This document shows positions 62,629 to 64,000 of a stretch of 64,000 nucleotides of DNA, one piece after another. The notes beneath the pieces are model-generated. The model saw only the letters and a program-made list of their open reading frames with translations, searched no databases and was not told where the DNA came from. Every line of letters starts with the position of its first letter. Position 1 is the first letter of the stretch. The stretch comes from Clostridia bacterium. Lineage in GTDB: Bacteria; Bacillota; Clostridia; Christensenellales; CAG-138. The position numbers and the translations under genes were made by a program. Location: positions 8,152 to 72,151 of the forward strand of contig JAFRRO010000091.1 of NCBI GenBank assembly GCA_017428025.1, written 5' to 3'.

Positions 62629-63423
62629 TCAGGGAAGCAGCATGCCGTACAGCCGCAGGATCGTTTCGGGCGGCAGCGTTTCGGCGCGAACCTCCGGCGC
62701 GATGTTCAGCGCGGACAGCACTTCGTCCGCGTTTGCATAGGGCTTCAGATTGTTTTTGATCGTCTTGCGGCGCATCGAAAGCAGCTCCGTCGCAAAGGTA
62801 TAGAGGACTTTCGGCGAAACGTCCGGCGTGTCCGGACGTTTTTTCATGCCGACGAACACGGACGCGACCTTCGGATTCGGGAAAAAGCACTCCTCCGGAA
62901 ACGCCTCCAGCACCGCCGCGTCGTAGTACAGCGCCGTCACGATCGACAGCGGACCGTAGTTCGCGTCCTTCGGCCGGGCAAAGAAGCGGTCCGCCGCCTC
63001 CTTCTGCACCATCGCGTAGAACGATTCGGGCAGCGCTTTCAGAACCGCGGCGCACAGCGGCGTCGTGATGTAATAGGGCAGATTCCCGACGACCGAGAAC
63101 GGCGCGGGAACGCGCTCGTAGCGGAACTTCAGCGCGTCGCCGCAGATCACGGCAAGGTCCGGATGCGGCAGCGTTTCGTTGAGAAACCGCACCATCGATT
63201 CGTCCTTTTCGACGGCGGTCACCGAAACGCCGCGTTCGAGCAGCAGTTCGGTCAGCGCGCCGAATCCGGGACCGATCTCGATCACGTTCCGTTCGAGCGT
63301 CATGTGTTCGACGCAGGCGCGAAGCCGCGCCCCGTCGATGCAGAAATTCTGTCCGAGCGCCTTGTTCGGCCTTGCGCCGATGCGCTCCAGTGCGGATTTC
63401 GTAAATGCAATATCGGCTCTCAT
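62629..63423 (-). CDS. rsmA: 16S rRNA m6,2A1518/1519 dimethyltransferase
   Basis: KALGQNF, IEIGPGFGALT, VGNLPYYITTP, MVQKE, RRKTIKNNL, RAETL. Confidence 0.93.
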   Translation of the reverse strand: MRADIAFTKSALERIGARPNKALGQNFCIDGARLRACVEHMTLERNVIEIGPGFGALTELLLERGVSVTAVEKDESMVRFLNETLPHPDLAVICGDALKFRYERVPAPFSVVGNLPYYITTPLCAAVLKALPESFYAMVQKEAADRFFARPKDANYGPLSIVTALYYDAAVLEAFPEECFFPNPKVASVFVGMKKRPDTPDVSPKVLYTFATELLSMRRKTIKNNLKPYANADEVLSALNIAPEVRAETLPPETILRLYGMLLP

Positions 63424-63436
63424 GCGAGCCCTCCTT

Positions 63437-64000
63437 TCACTTCAAAAGGCGCAGTCCCTTCGGATAATGGTTTTTCAGCATGCCGTCCGACGCCTTGTAC
63501 AGTCCGAGCGCAAACCCCCGGAATGTCGCCGCGCCGTAGCCCTTTTCGGCATCGCGCGCGATCGTTTCGCCCCGGAGATAGCGCATCGCCTCATCGAACG
63601 AAAGATCGACCGTGCGGCGCAGCGGCGTTTTGCGCCCCGCCAAAGCAAGCGCGTGCGCCGGTTCGAAGCGGCTGCCTTTGCATTCGCCGAGCAGCAGTCC
63701 CGCCCGCACGATGCGCATACCGTCCAACGCCAGCGGCAGCGGCGGCAGCAGCAGCACGCGCCCGTCCTTTAAGAGCCGGATCGCGCCGGATTGCGGGTTC
63801 AGCTGTTCCGAAAACGCGTCCCAGGCGGGAACGCGGTCGCTTTTCGGCAGCATCAGCGCCGACGGTTCGCGTACGCCTTCGCGCGTAAGCAGCGCAAAGA
63901 ACTGCCCTTCGCCCGCGCTCGTGTGCGGATAGAGCCGCCGCATCGTTTCGCAGGAAAAGTCCGGATGCCGCTCCAAAAACCGCTCGACCGTCTGCTCGTT
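63437..64000 (-). CDS. RsmF/RsmB-NOP family m5C methyltransferase, C-terminal part running off the window edge
   Basis: RRLYPH..GEGQFFALL, RAGLLLG, RFEPAHALAL, LKNHYPKGLR. Confidence 0.85.
   Translation of the reverse strand, partial: NEQTVERFLERHPDFSCETMRRLYPHTSAGEGQFFALLTREGVREPSALMLPKSDRVPAWDAFSEQLNPQSGAIRLLKDGRVLLLPPLPLALDGMRIVRAGLLLGECKGSRFEPAHALALAGRKTPLRRTVDLSFDEAMRYLRGETIARDAEKGYGAATFRGFALGLYKASDGMLKNHYPKGLRLLK

Overview
A high-GC chromosomal segment from a spore-forming Clostridia-like (Bacillota) bacterium. The taxon is inferred from gene content (sigH, ytxC, degV, ECF S-component); Christensenellales-like is a guess. Most of it is housekeeping, and many genes are origin-proximal in Bacillus subtilis (rlmH, yycJ, ispE, yabO, ispD/ispF, serS, sigH, rlmB, mrnC, pth, mfd, rsmA). 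It also carries uvrA, argS, pepT, msrA, tldD/tldE, icd with an aconitase-family hydratase divergent from citC-citXG-lysR, an aspartokinase, glpK, a DUF1538/P-II/TrkA-C module and tRNA-Arg(CCG). The left 4 kb is a scarred accessory patch: a broken fucose-isomerase gene, an FN3 remnant, an AT-richer surface protein and a coupled 31-aa peptide. Three signals are not explained by the gene calls. (1) Eight copies of a 20-bp pseudo-palindrome (half-sites WTGGTGCR or WTGTCCCR around a 4-bp A/T spacer) cluster at 19.1-35.6 kb, mostly inside genes, and resemble parS half-sites with a longer spacer. (2) A family of REP/REPIN-like double-hairpin repeats is present, one copy abutting a DUF559 endonuclease pseudogene. 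(3) A 223-bp structured MITE-like insertion has duplicated a 24-bp terminator. No CRISPR array, rRNA or intact transposase was seen. All family assignments come from motif recognition by eye; no database search was run.
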